A DNA stretch of 64,000 nt from Massalongia carnosa (Eukaryota). Of the stretch, positions 33,861 to 48,330 are shown piece after piece. The translations under genes and the position numbers were made by a program. The notes under the pieces were generated by a model. It did no database searches, had not been told where the DNA came from, and saw nothing but the letters and a program-made list of their open reading frames with translations. Location: the NCBI GenBank assembly GCA_965645245.1, contig OZ287067.1, forward strand, positions 2,914,001 through 2,978,000. The letters run 5' to 3'. Positions within the stretch are counted from its first letter, which is position 1. Every line of letters begins with the position of its first letter.

Positions 33861-36377
33861 ATGACATCAATCCGATCTTTTGTTGTTCAGTCATCGCCCT
33901 CACTACAGGACAGTTCAGCATCCGACGATTCTAGTTCTCCATCATCATTCAGCCATAAATATACTGGTCCAAATCCAAGCTTATCCAAGCCGTATGCTGG
34001 TAGATCCCCTTCATCAGCGCAGGGCGATTTCTCCTGTATTAAGCCCTACTCGCTTCTTTACAGGTCGCATACCCAGATGAGTGGAGTCGATGTTCCGTGG
34101 CGAGGTTGTGAGGGTAAAGATTGGCTGCCCAGCATAGGAGGGCTTGGTCTTGGTCGATGTTGTGCCCTTGACATGTACAAGCCAGTCATACGGTCTTATC
34201 CAAGCCCGTACGGACGAGAAATGAAAGGCGTTGGTGTCTTGGACTATCTACGCTTGGCCCCATTTCTTGAGAACATCGAGGTTGCTACAACATGGAAAGG
34301 CCTTTCAATCAAGGGCGCCGAGGGTCTCTTCACAATACATCAAATCTTTAAGGCCAGTCTAGAAAACCTACTTGCAGACCGCTTACATGAATTACATCTA
34401 CAGTTTCAACATAAGTACACGGGTCCTCACATGAGGGGAATCACTCGGCCGGATCACATTCGGCAGATACCTTTCAGTCAAAGCGATCTAATTCAGACAA
34501 TGGCCTGGATGCTGAGTCCTCAAAGAAAGCTGCAGGGCTCCATGATGCTTCTACGCTTGTACCTCTCAACATGCGACTGCTTGATGCAAACTGACAATGG
34601 CGAAGTCCAGGACGTTGCTATCGAGGTATGTATATGTGAAGATGAGGCTTCATTCTATTTCGACCCTCCTAGACCAGTCTTTGAAGCTGCCTGGATACCG
34701 GATCTCCTTTACTTCGAACCAGTCGCAGAAGTACAGCGTGAAGGACAAGAGCTAATTATCATACCATGCTATCGCAGTAATACGCTTTGGGGAAAAGATC
34801 TTTGTCATAACGATATTGGCTATGCTCTCTGCTCTTCTCAGCCTTGGCTTTCGTGGGATGAAAGCATTCATGGCTTCCGGGGCGTCGTGCCGATGTCTAC
34901 TGAGCTACGAACAGGAACCGATCGGCTTGGAGAAGTCTATAGAGATGGTTTTCTGGGTCCAAGGGGCCCTCCCAACAGGCTCCGGATTGAGATAAAAGCG
35001 CTAGTTACCCACGGTCGACGTCCATTCATCCGTATTGAAAGGGTAGTTCGTGCGCGCCTTACCTTTAAGATCATCCCGTGGTATGCCCAGAAAAGCTTTA
35101 GCCGCCCAAGTGACAAGGTTGTCTCGCCGCTTGAGAACCGAGTCTTCGAATGCACTTCTCCCACAATATCTCTTGACGGTAGCATTTCCCTGCTCAATGC
35201 TAGAACGAGAAAGCATCTCTCGGATACTAACGAGTATTCTATGGATACTTGTTGTACAAGTACACTACATAAGGAGTTCATGGAACTCAATACCAAGGAA
35301 AGCCTGTCGCCTGCAAATACAACGCCGAATCTAGAATCTCGCAAGCGACGTGCCAGCTCTAGCCTTGTCGTTGCTTCGCCTTCTAAGCGACATCGAGAGA
35401 TCCAGGCTCATTGTGCTTGTGGTGAATCGTCAACAACAGCGGGTAATGATGAATGCATTCATGTATCCGCAAGCTCGGCGTCTTCTTCGAGACTTGAGAA
35501 TGAACTAAATGCAGAAAACTCGTCAAGCCCTTACCTCGACCACTTTTCGCCGTTGTGCGATCTGCAGCCAGGCAGTAGTGTGACAAAGGAAACATCTAGA
35601 TCCAGGTCATCAAGTTATGGTGATAGTGATGGTGCAAAGCCAGGTGTAGAGGCGGCAACAGAGTTTGGCGTATGTGTATCGAGTGAAGGACTGCAGGCAA
35701 AGCAAACACGACGGAGAAACTTAGACTCCGCTTATTATAGTAATGAGACGGCTATCGAGAGCGAAGTTTTGGCCCAAGCTACTCAATCTAATGGGCAGCT
35801 AGCCATGCAGAGATTAATGCTTCCTCCTCTCCTCGATGAAGCTACAGACTGTAGCACTACAGTGCTACATGAAAAGCTACGAGCTAACGGAAGCGGAGGT
35901 AGTCAATCTCATTGTTCCCAGGGCTTCGACAGGGCCGAGGAAATGTCTCCCCCGGAGACTACTCAAGATCGCTCCGATTCTGAAAGTGGCGCATCACGCT
36001 TGGATTCCGTTAGCCTAGAGATAATTGTCGGGAATGATAATATCGATCCAAGAATTCGTCGGGAACAGGCTATGCTCTGGAAAATGCTCTACACGAAATC
36101 ACCTGATTCAGTCGCCACAGATCCGACCTTGAATTTCGAGGAGCGCAAAGATATGTACGACGCCATGAAAAGATCGGCCGAAGAAGAGCAAGATAGGAGA
36201 AATAAGAAACTTGGACTGAGCGAAATATTGGATGATTTGTTTCTTGACGACAACGATGCCAGCTCTGGTAGTCAGAATGAGGCGAGTTCTGAAGCGCCTG
36301 AGCGCCTGAGTGACACTCACAGTGAGTTGGCGTCGGGGGATCAAGAGCTGGCGAATTCATTTAATTATGGGTTTTAG
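33861..36377 (+). CDS. Uncharacterised 838-aa protein with a putative CADG/He_PIG (cadherin/Ig-like) segment and a disordered C-terminus
   Basis: Long uninterrupted ORF. YALCSSQPWLSWDESIHGFRGVVP...LRIEIKA resembles the CADG/He_PIG pattern. Ser-rich termini; basic RKRR patch. Confidence 0.65.
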   Translation: MTSIRSFVVQSSPSLQDSSASDDSSSPSSFSHKYTGPNPSLSKPYAGRSPSSAQGDFSCIKPYSLLYRSHTQMSGVDVPWRGCEGKDWLPSIGGLGLGRCCALDMYKPVIRSYPSPYGREMKGVGVLDYLRLAPFLENIEVATTWKGLSIKGAEGLFTIHQIFKASLENLLADRLHELHLQFQHKYTGPHMRGITRPDHIRQIPFSQSDLIQTMAWMLSPQRKLQGSMMLLRLYLSTCDCLMQTDNGEVQDVAIEVCICEDEASFYFDPPRPVFEAAWIPDLLYFEPVAEVQREGQELIIIPCYRSNTLWGKDLCHNDIGYALCSSQPWLSWDESIHGFRGVVPMSTELRTGTDRLGEVYRDGFLGPRGPPNRLRIEIKALVTHGRRPFIRIERVVRARLTFKIIPWYAQKSFSRPSDKVVSPLENRVFECTSPTISLDGSISLLNARTRKHLSDTNEYSMDTCCTSTLHKEFMELNTKESLSPANTTPNLESRKRRASSSLVVASPSKRHREIQAHCACGESSTTAGNDECIHVSASSASSSRLENELNAENSSSPYLDHFSPLCDLQPGSSVTKETSRSRSSSYGDSDGAKPGVEAATEFGVCVSSEGLQAKQTRRRNLDSAYYSNETAIESEVLAQATQSNGQLAMQRLMLPPLLDEATDCSTTVLHEKLRANGSGGSQSHCSQGFDRAEEMSPPETTQDRSDSESGASRLDSVSLEIIVGNDNIDPRIRREQAMLWKMLYTKSPDSVATDPTLNFEERKDMYDAMKRSAEEEQDRRNKKLGLSEILDDLFLDDNDASSGSQNEASSEAPERLSDTHSELASGDQELANSFNYGF

Positions 36378-36784
36378 TTATGGTGAGCTGGAAATGGTTA
36401 CTCTTATTCTTACGTACTCCATAGTTGTCAGCAATGCAAAATATTTGTAGATGCAAGGGTGAACCGTCTAAAGCTCTCCCGAATTAAGTGGCTTTCGTGA
36501 TTAAATGTATAATAGGGAAGGTAGGCAAACAGCTGACGGTATTTTAACCTGGTAGTGGTTGTAGACATGAGTGAGCGATTCTCACAGTCCTAGCACTCCA
36601 TACCCGAGCCCCAAGAGGACGTGAGAAGGACATTTGACGTTCCTGCAACCTCAACAAAAACCCAAATAAAGGTTGCATCTATTATATGCGATCCGTTCTT
36701 CGCGTAGCTATCCCTTCGTTCTTGCAAACTTCAAAACCATGACGCTCCCGTCCCTAAACTCGAAGAAACCTTTCGGCTTCTCAA

Positions 36785-37207
36785 CTAAGTCGTCACTGTC
36801 CCATACGTCGTCCTACCACCACTTTGCACATTCTCGCTGTAAATACCTGGCGCGCGCTTGTTGCTCAAAGCGCCTAGCTGGTTCTGGTCGCGGCGGTTGA
36901 AGTAGACGTATTCCAGGTAAAAGGCATGAATGTGGCCAGGAAAGAACCTGTACGGCCTCACATGAGCTAGTTGCACGGGAGGAATCCACCAAGAAAATCG
37001 AGAAGTTTACCCAAGTAAAGTAAGGCAGATATTTATCAAAAGGTCGGCACCGCAACCGGCGATCATGAAAACGCCAGCGGGCGGAACTGGGGAGGGAAAT
37101 CAAAGTTATCGCCCAGTCCGAGGTTTTGGAGGGGTGGATGCGAATTACTTACACAGGATGGTGATGAGTACAATGAGAACAACGGATACAGGGTTGACAT
37201 CTGCCAT
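36785..37207 (-). CDS. Pmp3/RCI2 (UPF0057) small plasma-membrane proteolipid, 3 exons
   Basis: Manual splicing gives MADVNPVSVVLIVLITIL-FPPAGVFMIAGCGADLLINICLTLLG-FFPGHIHAFYLEYVYFNRR...GTVTT, with GTAAGT/GTAAAC donors and CAG acceptors. Confidence 0.88.
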
Positions 37208-38944
37208 GTTGGTATTTTAGAAATGAAAAGCCAAGGACTTAGTTTCTGATATTTCCTTAAAGGTTGAATCTGTATAGATGAAGCAAAAGCCGGGCAGAGG
37301 AAGTTCGAGGAGGTTTCATGCAATGACGTCGCAGAACATTTATTACATATAGACGCTATATTTGGCGTCTTGTATCATTACAATCTGAGCTCGACCCCAT
37401 TCAGCAACTACTCTGTACCCCCTCCCGGTCGATGTCCACTTCATCTCACACATCAGCCTCGCTTGCATCTCCGCGAAATTGCAGCTTGCAGTTCAAAAAT
37501 CATGATTAGTTCTTTACACTATGCCTTACTTCTAAAAAAATAAAGTAATGTGATGATTTTTGGCACTATACAGAGTACAGCTTGAATGTCTGTGTTGTTT
37601 GCAACTAGTACTTTTTGATGGGAGGACGCCCGCTTCATTCGAAACATTCACGGTTACCGCGCAAAAGAACGCGCAATAATTTTCCTGCGCTTGAACATGA
37701 TATTCCATCTGGGATGCGAAACTTTCCGGGATATTGCGCTTCAGTTGTTGCGTACAGAGTACCGGTTGGAGGGTTCGATCATTTTAAGTCGACGCTTTGA
37801 CTGACAACTAGGAATTCTTATATGGATGATATGTTAACAGCGACGGAAATTATATGACTCTGTCATGTTCTTCTGCGTGATGACTCAAGGAGAAAATAGA
37901 TTATATCAATAAGATCGTTGCGTGAAGAACCCAGGCTTATTGGATTCTTACCGCATTCGTGATGGACGGGCATTCACATGCCTCCTGTGGGCAGCATGAT
38001 CTCCCTCTCGATATTGAAACCAGTCAAAGGAGTTCTCGAGGAGGAAGAAACATCGCCATAAACTTTTGCAGAACATCATGTCATGGCGATCAACGTCACA
38101 CTTCAGGAGATACAGGCAGCTTTTCGCTGAGTTTGCCCATCATGCTATTTGAAGGCAAATGAAGGGATATGAACATCGCCACGAAAAGCAGATTGTATCA
38201 ATGGATCTACATCACTCTCATTCCCGAGTCTGGCCGACGTCAGAGGCACAAGGTGGGGAAGAGGCCAATTGTGCCAAATTTCTTAGGGTTGTCATTATTA
38301 TCGCATTACGGTTTGAGGATTGGATGATGTGCCTCTCGTAGATAGACATATGTGAGAGTTGAGGTGTCAGAGGGGCATTAGGCCTGATGATTTTATGACG
38401 GAACTGTGAGAGCCAGTTTGGAGGTTTAATGAGCCTTGAGCAAGGACCTCCGCTGCACTCTACTCACCAGATGGCACGGGAGCATCGCGGGCGCACTGCA
38501 GAAGCAGCAACAGCGTCGTAAGGCAACAACCTAACCCAAGCCAACCAACTAGGTACGAAGCGACTCGCCGGAGCCGACCCGACCAGGTCGAACGAGTACC
38601 GAGTACTCTGTACTCTCTATAGAGCGCAGAGCGCAGAGTATAAAGCACAGGGTAAAAGAGTAAAGAGTAGTCGTTGAAATGATAGATATCGTCTGTTGAA
38701 CTTGTAGCAGGTAAGCAAACCCTTTGGACTGTTTACTCTATACCAATCTATATATTTATCCCTCACAGCTTTTCTCTAGGTTTGAGGTCAACATCCTTTG
38801 CCTTCGTCGCCTTTTCTTTTTTCCTTGACCTTCCGTACAAACACGCTAACGTTACCCTTCTTCGCTTAGCTCGAAGGCTATGGTAATTTTTACCTGTGTG
38901 AACCAGAACACCACTACTGCTGACCCAATGCATACAGCGATTAC

Positions 38945-41900
38945 ATGGCTGCGTCGCATCGGACTCCGTTGATGAGAGATCAGTGGAGAGCCGATGACGA
39001 CATTGACAACGATTACAGGCATAACCGTCATCGCAGGGAGAGATACAGCACCGACCGCCGCAAACCATCTCCGGCTCGTCTAGCCCGCCAGGAAGGTGCT
39101 GACGTTGAGGTGAAGATTAAGGGTAGAGCCATCGCTGAGCGAGTTGCGCGACCTGCGGTCAGGCCAGAGAAATTAGTGGGGAGCCGAGGGTCGGATAGAG
39201 AGGTCGACAGAAATTTGAGTCGCTCACGCAAATCGAAGTATAACAGTAATCTGCCAACTAGAGACGAAGGAAAGTCCAGCGAAAAGCCGCTCAGCAATCC
39301 CCATCCATACCATCGCAACTTTAAGTCATCTGTCAAAAGGAAGCGGAGTCGTAGTAGATCATCTGAACGAGAACTTCTAGTTCGCAGAGACGAGAGGGGA
39401 AGAAGCCATACTCCTCTCCACCCCAGCAGATACAGCAGACCAAATAGTCCTCTTCATCGTCATCGTGGGCGGAATATTTCGTCTCCGCTCTCGCCTCGAG
39501 CAGACTATCACTCGTACCACAATATTTCTACATCCTACGGGTATCCCACACGAGATTCTCACGCAGGTTCCTACATTCCTTTAGCACATCGACGGTATTC
39601 ACCTGTACCCGAACGCAGCCGCAATCTTTCGCCTACACCTCGACATTCTCTCTCAATTGGCAAAAATCTTAAGACAAGGAGCAAGTCTCCTCCAGGTGGA
39701 AAGCAAGTTTTCCCTCAAGGGCGTCCTTCAAGATACAGAGACTCTGCTTCCACTGCTTATCAGCGGGACCGAGGATCCAGAGATACTCTGCTTCAGCAAG
39801 ACGAACGTGCACCTCGACGACGAAGGTTATCACTGTCGCCATCTCCGGCAGAGTCGAGAGCATATCGAAACAGGAAGGCTTCTCCATCAATTGCTGACCT
39901 GGAGAGGGCCGGCGCTAGACCCTCCAAAATGCAGTCCTCCACTCAACCAATTCAATCTATCTTAGATGATCCCATCCGACCTCCGTCTCCTCCCCGTCCG
40001 ATACCTAGTTTCGATTCTGATAGTCATGACTCGGGAGGAGTCAGAGAAGCATTTCCATTACATGGCATGAAAGCTAGCGATGCACATGCAGCGCCTCGAC
40101 CAGGTCGTCCACATGTTGACACACGACAACCGTACTCCACCTCCCCACAATGGACTCCTACCTCGTCTCACCATGCGTCGCCACAGTCTGGCTCGCCATT
40201 TAGTCATGGGCGGGGCGGATGGGGTGGGCAGCAGCATTTTCATGGCCAACCAAGGTAAAGGAACCCTCGGCTGTTTTCTTCTCTCCAAAGCTAATCGTCC
40301 AGTCAAAATATGAACGCCTACTCGCCGCCATTTAGGCAAAATGCATTTCCTCCCCAGGGCAGCCCCCAAGGTCAATACTTCCCAAACAACCCACCCGCCC
40401 AATACAATGGTCCATCACAACAGATGCAACCTACATTCCAAGCTCAAGCATTCAGGGGGGGCCATACAGGATATAGGGGAAGCCACTTTGCTCAAGGGCA
40501 AGATCGTCGATTTTCTGGTTCAGGCCCCACTAACTACGGGCTCAATCCTCCAAGGGGCAGAGGTGGTCATTTCCAAAACTTACAATGGACGGCGAGTGGT
40601 GGAAGTCGGGGTCGTGGTCAGACAGATCCGGGTCACGTCTCACATCATCAATCAGGACAGTCACAGAGCCCTCCCCAGTTACAACCGCAGCAGTCCTTCA
40701 ATCAACCAGCGTCTTTGCCTGACGACGATGACAATCCATTTCGGCCTTCCAAAGACTTACAGGTTGAAGATCAAAGTGGCAAAGAAAACGAAATTCAGAG
40801 CGGAGCTTCTCCGGCTGGCATGAAGATGTTGCCTCCATCCCGTCAATCCACAGGCAATTCGCAGGCGAAGGAAAGTTCAAAATTCAGCTTTGCGTTTAAG
40901 GCTAAACCTGCACCACCACCAGCCGCGAAACAAGTACCGAGCTTAGCACAAAAGCTGAAGGAGCCTCCAAAGAAGGAGAACCTATTAGAGACTAAGTCGA
41001 AGCCTGCACCTCCTTCAGCTGCTCGCGAGCCATTCTCATCTCGATCCCGAACAGAACATCGTGCAGAGATTCGCACTGACCGCCGAGAGGATCGCCGCGA
41101 TCGGGACTACCGCGAAGAGTATAGAGATGAACGGCGTTTGCGAGAGGACCGCCATGGTGATCGTGATTACCGTGATCAGCGCCGCTCTGACTATCGCGAT
41201 GAACGGCGCATTGAAAGATCTGAAAGGGAACAAAAACGAGATCGAGAGCGTGAGCGTGAGCGATCTCCCGAACCAAGAATGGAGAAAAAAACCCTGAGAC
41301 GCCTGAAGCCAAGGCCCACCTTGGCGCCTGAGTTCGCCGAATCCACCTCGGTCTATTATAGAAAGCCTGGTAACGAATCCGTGGTTGGTTCGGGAACTTA
41401 TGGCAAGGTTTTCAAAGCAATACATGTGTATACCAAGCAGCTTGCGGCCCTCAAGAAGATTCGCATGGAAGGCGAAAAGGATGGTTTCCCTGTCACTGCT
41501 GTTCGCGAGATCAAGCTCCTTCAGTCGCTGAAGCACGATAATGTCGTGTGCTTACAGGAAGTGATGGTGGAAAACAATGATTGCTTTATGGTTTTCGAGT
41601 ACCTGTCTCATGATCTTACAGGGCTTCTCAACCACCCAACCTTCAAACTCGAACATTCGCATAAGAAGCATCTTGGTAAACAGCTATTCGAGGGGCTCAA
41701 TTACCTTCACCGCCGGGGGGTGCTCCATCGTGACATCAAAGCTGCAAATATCCTCGTCAGCAATATAGGCCAACTCAAATTAGCCGACTTTGGTCTCGCC
41801 CGCTTTTTCTCCAAACACGGTCAGCCTGATTATACCAATAGAGTGATTACGATTTGGTATCGCTCACCCGAACTGCTTCTTGGCGAGACGCAATACGGAC

Positions 41901-42539
41901 CAGCTGTCGATATCTGGAGCGCGGCTTGCGTCATGATCGAGATTTTCACAAGACATGCGATCTTCCCTGGCGATGGCGGAGAGATCAACCAGCTTGATAA
42001 GATATATAATGTGCTAGGCACACCTACGGTAGCCGAGTGGCCACGGCTCGCCGATATGGCCTGGTTTGAATTGCTTAGACCGACGGAACGACGATTGAAC
42101 ACGTTCGCAGAAAAGTATCAAGAGAGGCTCACCCCTGCAGCGTTCGAACTCCTCCAAGCTATGTTCCTTTACGATCCTTCGAAACGACCCACTGCGGGGG
42201 ATGTACTTGAATACCCGTACTTTACCACGGAAGATCCATCACCAAAACAGGCTGTTGAGTAAGTATCTTCGCGTCACGCGTACCGTGCATGACGTACGAA
42301 ATGTATGCTAACTTGAACGAACCTACAGACTCAAGGACCTAGAAGGCGACTGGCATGAATTCGAATCCAAGGCTTTGCGGAAGGAAAACGAGCGGAAAAG
42401 CCAGGAAGCCCGGCGCGCTGTGCGCCAGGAAGAGAAGGAAAAAGAGAAACGAAGGGCCAGCGGCCCTGGTGGTGCTGCTCCGGAACGAGAGGCCAAGCGG
42501 CTCCGCCCGAGTTCCAGCCACGGAACAGAATCGAAATGA
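38945..42539 (+). CDS. CTK1: RNA polymerase II CTD kinase subunit alpha (Ctk1/Lsk1, CDK12/13-like) with a long RS/RD-rich N-terminus
   Basis: VGSGTYGKVFKA, EKDGFPVTAVREIKLLQSL, HRDIKAANIL, LADFGLAR, DYTNRVITIWYRSPELLLG. Introns at ~40255-40302 and ~42259-42328; last exon LEGDWHEFESK. Confidence 0.92.
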
Positions 42540-43128
42540 ATTTTATGTGTGCAGCTAGCGAAGGTGAATTCAACAATGAAACACCTAATTGATAGGGAGA
42601 TACTTTGGCGCTGAGTTGATTTCTCTTTTGCCTAAATTCTACATGCATAGCGTGGGGGCGTAGGGGTGTTCCGTGGGCTTGATAGAGATCACGATTGCCT
42701 TTGTTCTCCTGGCGTTTAAATATTCTGTCAATTAGATTGGGGTGGGTGAGTGGGAGAGCGGGTGAGCGGATGGTGGGCGTCTTTTCATTCCTACGACGCC
42801 GGAGATCTTGGCCGATCGGAAGTGTAATATCAAACCACCCTTTGCTATTAGATCTGATCCCATCCGAGGCCATCCTTCGCGTGCGATTCCCATACTCCCT
42901 TTCGAGGGGCAATACCAACATGAATCGTTTCGAAAATGATGGCCAATAACCGTCCATAACAACTAAACCCTTAGTTGGGCATGCAATTGAATTCGCAAGG
43001 AACCTTCTCTCTCGCTACTCTCTTCGCCTTAGTTCTCTTCACCCCCTATCTCTTTGTCATCATTATCGTCATCGCCTACATCCTCCTCAGCGTCACCTTC
43101 GGCTCCCTCCCCCATCCACACTGGTCTG

Positions 43129-44454
43129 CTACTCCGTTGACTCTTCTTCCGAATCCATGTTCCTACGCTCCAGCCCTTCTAAGAAAGGGTCAGACAGGTC
43201 GTCCTCGTTGTCCGAGCCCGACGGCGGCCCCTCGGTATGCCAGACATCCTGAAAGGTTGTCTTGTCCACGTAGCCGTACAGCACCATGTCTAAGTAATAC
43301 TCGTGAATGTCCAGATCCCTGCGGATGGCTTCTCGCATCACCAAGTCATCGATCTGAACGAAGCGCGCCGTGGTCCGGCCCCACCCTTCCAGCCGCATCC
43401 GCCCCACCTGGCTCGCTGGCACCCCGAGGATGCTCATGCCCGCATGGTGCCGAGCGGGGACGTAGTTCCACCGCACGATCATGCGCAGCATTTCAAGGGG
43501 CGTGCGCAGCTCCTGTCGCTTCAGCACGCGAGACAGTGTCGTCAGGCTGCGCTGGCCGAGCAGCATCTTGCGCAGGTCGCGCTCGCCGTTGCCCGTGGTC
43601 GGATGGTTGAAGCGCATGTCCAGCTTGATGAAGAACAGAGTGGCGAGGTAGAGGGCGTCGTTGGGCCAGAAGTCACGGTTGTGGATGATCCCTATGCGGC
43701 GTGCGTTGTCGCTGATATCGATGGTGAACCAGATCTTTTTGATGACGAGGCTGGTCCCTTTGGGCATAAAGTGGCCCTCGGCGCTCAGGCACAAGATTAT
43801 TTCGTCCACAACTCGCTCCCGGTAAAGGACCATACGCAGCCAGCGCAGGCTGGGCACGTCACGGACTTGATCGGGATGGTTTTCGTTGGGGCGCGCGGCT
43901 GGATCGCTCACGCATAATGGTTTATAACAGCGGAAGGCGAAGGTGCGGGATGACTCGGAGGCTTTGCCGACCGATTGCGAGAGAATCAGGGTGGTGAAGC
44001 GACTGTCAGCCAGCTCGTGGAAGTCTTTGGAGATGGCATAGAGAGACACAAGATCTTCCACGTCGAGGTGTTTTGCAAACTCAAAAAGGAGTTCCGGGTG
44101 GTCGAAGAGCGCTTGGAAGACGCTAAAACGGCGGGTGTTGAGCTCATGTGAGAGAGGCTGGGTTTCGATATGGCGGGTTGTCGGGGAGCTTGGGGGGGGT
44201 GTAGGAAGCAAGGGAACCTTGCTAAAACCTAGCCTGCCGGCTCGCCGGTTATAAAGTGACCCTCTTTCGTTGGAGAGAGGAACGGGCACGTTGAGGCCAT
44301 GGCTGGCCGACCTCATTGTAATCGTGTCGTACTGTATGGGGTTTCGTTGAGGTGGGTTATGGTTTTCGGGCGCCGTTGATTCACCGCCCTTGCCTGCGTC
44401 CGATGCGGAACTGTTACTATTGTTGTTGAGGATGGCCCAAATAGGGCAGGCCAT
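43129..44454 (-). CDS. Uncharacterised fungal protein with a possible F-box-like segment
   Basis: 441-aa GC-rich ORF. HPELLFEFAKHLDVEDLVSLYAISKDFH resembles an F-box helix pattern. Confidence 0.7.
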   Translation of the reverse strand: MACPIWAILNNNSNSSASDAGKGGESTAPENHNPPQRNPIQYDTITMRSASHGLNVPVPLSNERGSLYNRRAGRLGFSKVPLLPTPPPSSPTTRHIETQPLSHELNTRRFSVFQALFDHPELLFEFAKHLDVEDLVSLYAISKDFHELADSRFTTLILSQSVGKASESSRTFAFRCYKPLCVSDPAARPNENHPDQVRDVPSLRWLRMVLYRERVVDEIILCLSAEGHFMPKGTSLVIKKIWFTIDISDNARRIGIIHNRDFWPNDALYLATLFFIKLDMRFNHPTTGNGERDLRKMLLGQRSLTTLSRVLKRQELRTPLEMLRMIVRWNYVPARHHAGMSILGVPASQVGRMRLEGWGRTTARFVQIDDLVMREAIRRDLDIHEYYLDMVLYGYVDKTTFQDVWHTEGPPSGSDNEDDLSDPFLEGLERRNMDSEEESTE

Positions 44455-45153
44455 ATCAATGGAAGTTCAACGTCAAGGATAGGATAATAGTAAGCAAGCT
44501 TCTTGAATCGTATTATTTCGATGATACTACCTGAAAGCTCCTGATAGTGAACTGGAGGATAATCACTCCAACTCGATATGAAATGCATTGCAGTGGGAAG
44601 TGAAGATTATTTATTGATGATGGATTACTATTCGTTCCTATTGACAAAAGGTCAATAAGAACAGTTCAAAGCCCTGGATGACTTACAACACAAGCACTAA
44701 AACATGTTGACACGATGTCCCTTCTGTCAACATGGTAACCTCCTTTGACAATCACCTTCGTTCGCCATCCAGTCACGTAGTTACTTGGTGATAAGCCCAG
44801 ATGAAAGATTACTAAAGTGGCGGAGAGGTTCAAGAGAGACAAAAATTCAAAGTTACATGAGTTGGCTCAAGTTGCCGTTGGTAAATGAACATTGTCACCA
44901 TTGTCACCATTAGTGTTCCTCGCACTCAATCAGGAGAAATCGACTCAAATAACTGTGCAGTTCTGATGGAGATGCAACCCAGTTCCTCTACGTTGACTAG
45001 GGTGTCGCCCTTGTGTCGTCAAGCCAGCACTTGGATTTTGACATAGGGGTTGAACATCGTCAACGGCTTGCAAAGCTTCAAACACTTCGAGTACCCAAGA
45101 CATCCTGCCTTGCTTCAATCATACTTCTCATATAACACTAATTGAGACAGTGT

Positions 45154-46229
45154 CTAGTTCCGGTTCAGCAGCGAGAGGAATTCATCCCTTGTTTTGGCGC
45201 TTGATCGCATACATCCAAGCATGCAACTTGTGGTAGTTGTTGCTCCAGTCTTCTGTACACCTCTCATGACCATGCATAGGTGGCTCGATTCCATCACCAC
45301 AGCGACGCCCTGCGGCTTTAATACTTCACTGATTGCGAGTGCCACTTGCTTGGTTAATCGTTCTTGAACTTGGAGTCGGCGCGAAAACATCTCTGCCAAG
45401 CGAGCAAGTTTGGAAAGCCCAATGACTTTCCCATGAGGAATGTATCCAACGTGCATCTAAAGCAAAAATAAGTAGCGCTGCAGAAGCATAAAATCCTGAG
45501 AAAGGACATACCTTTCCTACGAAGGGTACCATGTGGTGCTCACAAAGCGAGAAGATCTCGATGTTTTTGATCAAAATGAGTTCGTCATGGTCTTCGTTGA
45601 ACACAGCACCATTTACGATATCCCGCACATTTTCTTCGTACCCTTTAGTGAAAAACAGCATAGCCTTTGCGTATCTTTCTGGTGTACCGCGGAGGCCCTC
45701 GCGTTCCGGGTCTTCCCCAAGACATTCTAAAATGGTAGCGATTGCGCCTTCAAGTTTCCGAATTCTCTCCTGCGCTTGGTCGGGGGTAGCTTCCAGACGT
45801 TCCCTTGTCCCAAGACCTATACAAGCCACTTTCAGTTACGGATTTCAGAGCAGGATCCCAATAAAACTCACTTGGCCAGCTCAGTCCATCGAAATCAATT
45901 GGTGGGTTCAAGGTATAAGGACTCGCCGGCCGACTTATACTCGAAATGGCGGGCTCCGCCTTGTCCCTAGGATCCCGAGCAGCTACTTCAAGATTTGTGG
46001 ATGGCTTTGTTGGCTCTTGACCAAAACTTGATGAGTATGAGCCATGGCCGTTGACTTCAGAATCCTGGCGATAGCTCGATGAATGAATAGAAGCGGTGAG
46101 TCTCTCTCGCTCTTTGACACCCACCGAAGTCCGCAGTGGCGATCCTCCATTCGGAATTGAAGAATTACTAGTTGAGAGATGCGACGGCAATGCAGATTTC
46201 GGCTGTGTGCCTAGGTGAGAAGAATCCAT
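45154..46229 (-). CDS. FOL2: GTP cyclohydrolase I, 3 exons
   Basis: [66 protein letters not shown]. Confidence 0.95.
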
Positions 46230-46811
46230 GACACAAGGGCGAAAAGCAGTTCTCGAGAGATTTCGTACACCAAACAGGAACTTTATTTGACACAAAAACG
46301 AGACATGATAAAAAGTCGTACATATATATTATAAGGGATTGTTTGTCATCTGATTTTTTTTTCATATTTAGAGCAAACAAAGACGGGATGAAAGTTTGAT
46401 CGCACAAGTACATATACATGAACTTTAAACTACCGCGAGAGAACTTGATCGATTCTTGTATCAAGAGTTCAAGGGTACTCTACAGAGTATGCAAAAATGC
46501 CCTGTATGTTAAAAGGCTAAGTCGACTCGTAATTTACTAAAAGGTCATGCCTATAAGCGTATCGTATAGAATACACATAGTTATAGGTACCCAGGAGAAG
46601 GAGAATAAAAAGGAAAGGGAAAAGCACCTCTACAGATAGCTGGGAGGCACCATCAAGGGCAACTTCAAGACTATACGCAATGAAAAACGGACAGTAAGTC
46701 TACGCATCGATTTCTACTCGTCTCACCAGTCATTACTCAGCTAGGTTTGCACATTCAAGTTTGAACGGGAGCGGGAAGTAAATAGGTTCGTTCAATCATT
46801 AATCTGTTATA

Positions 46812-48330
<1,519 letters not shown>

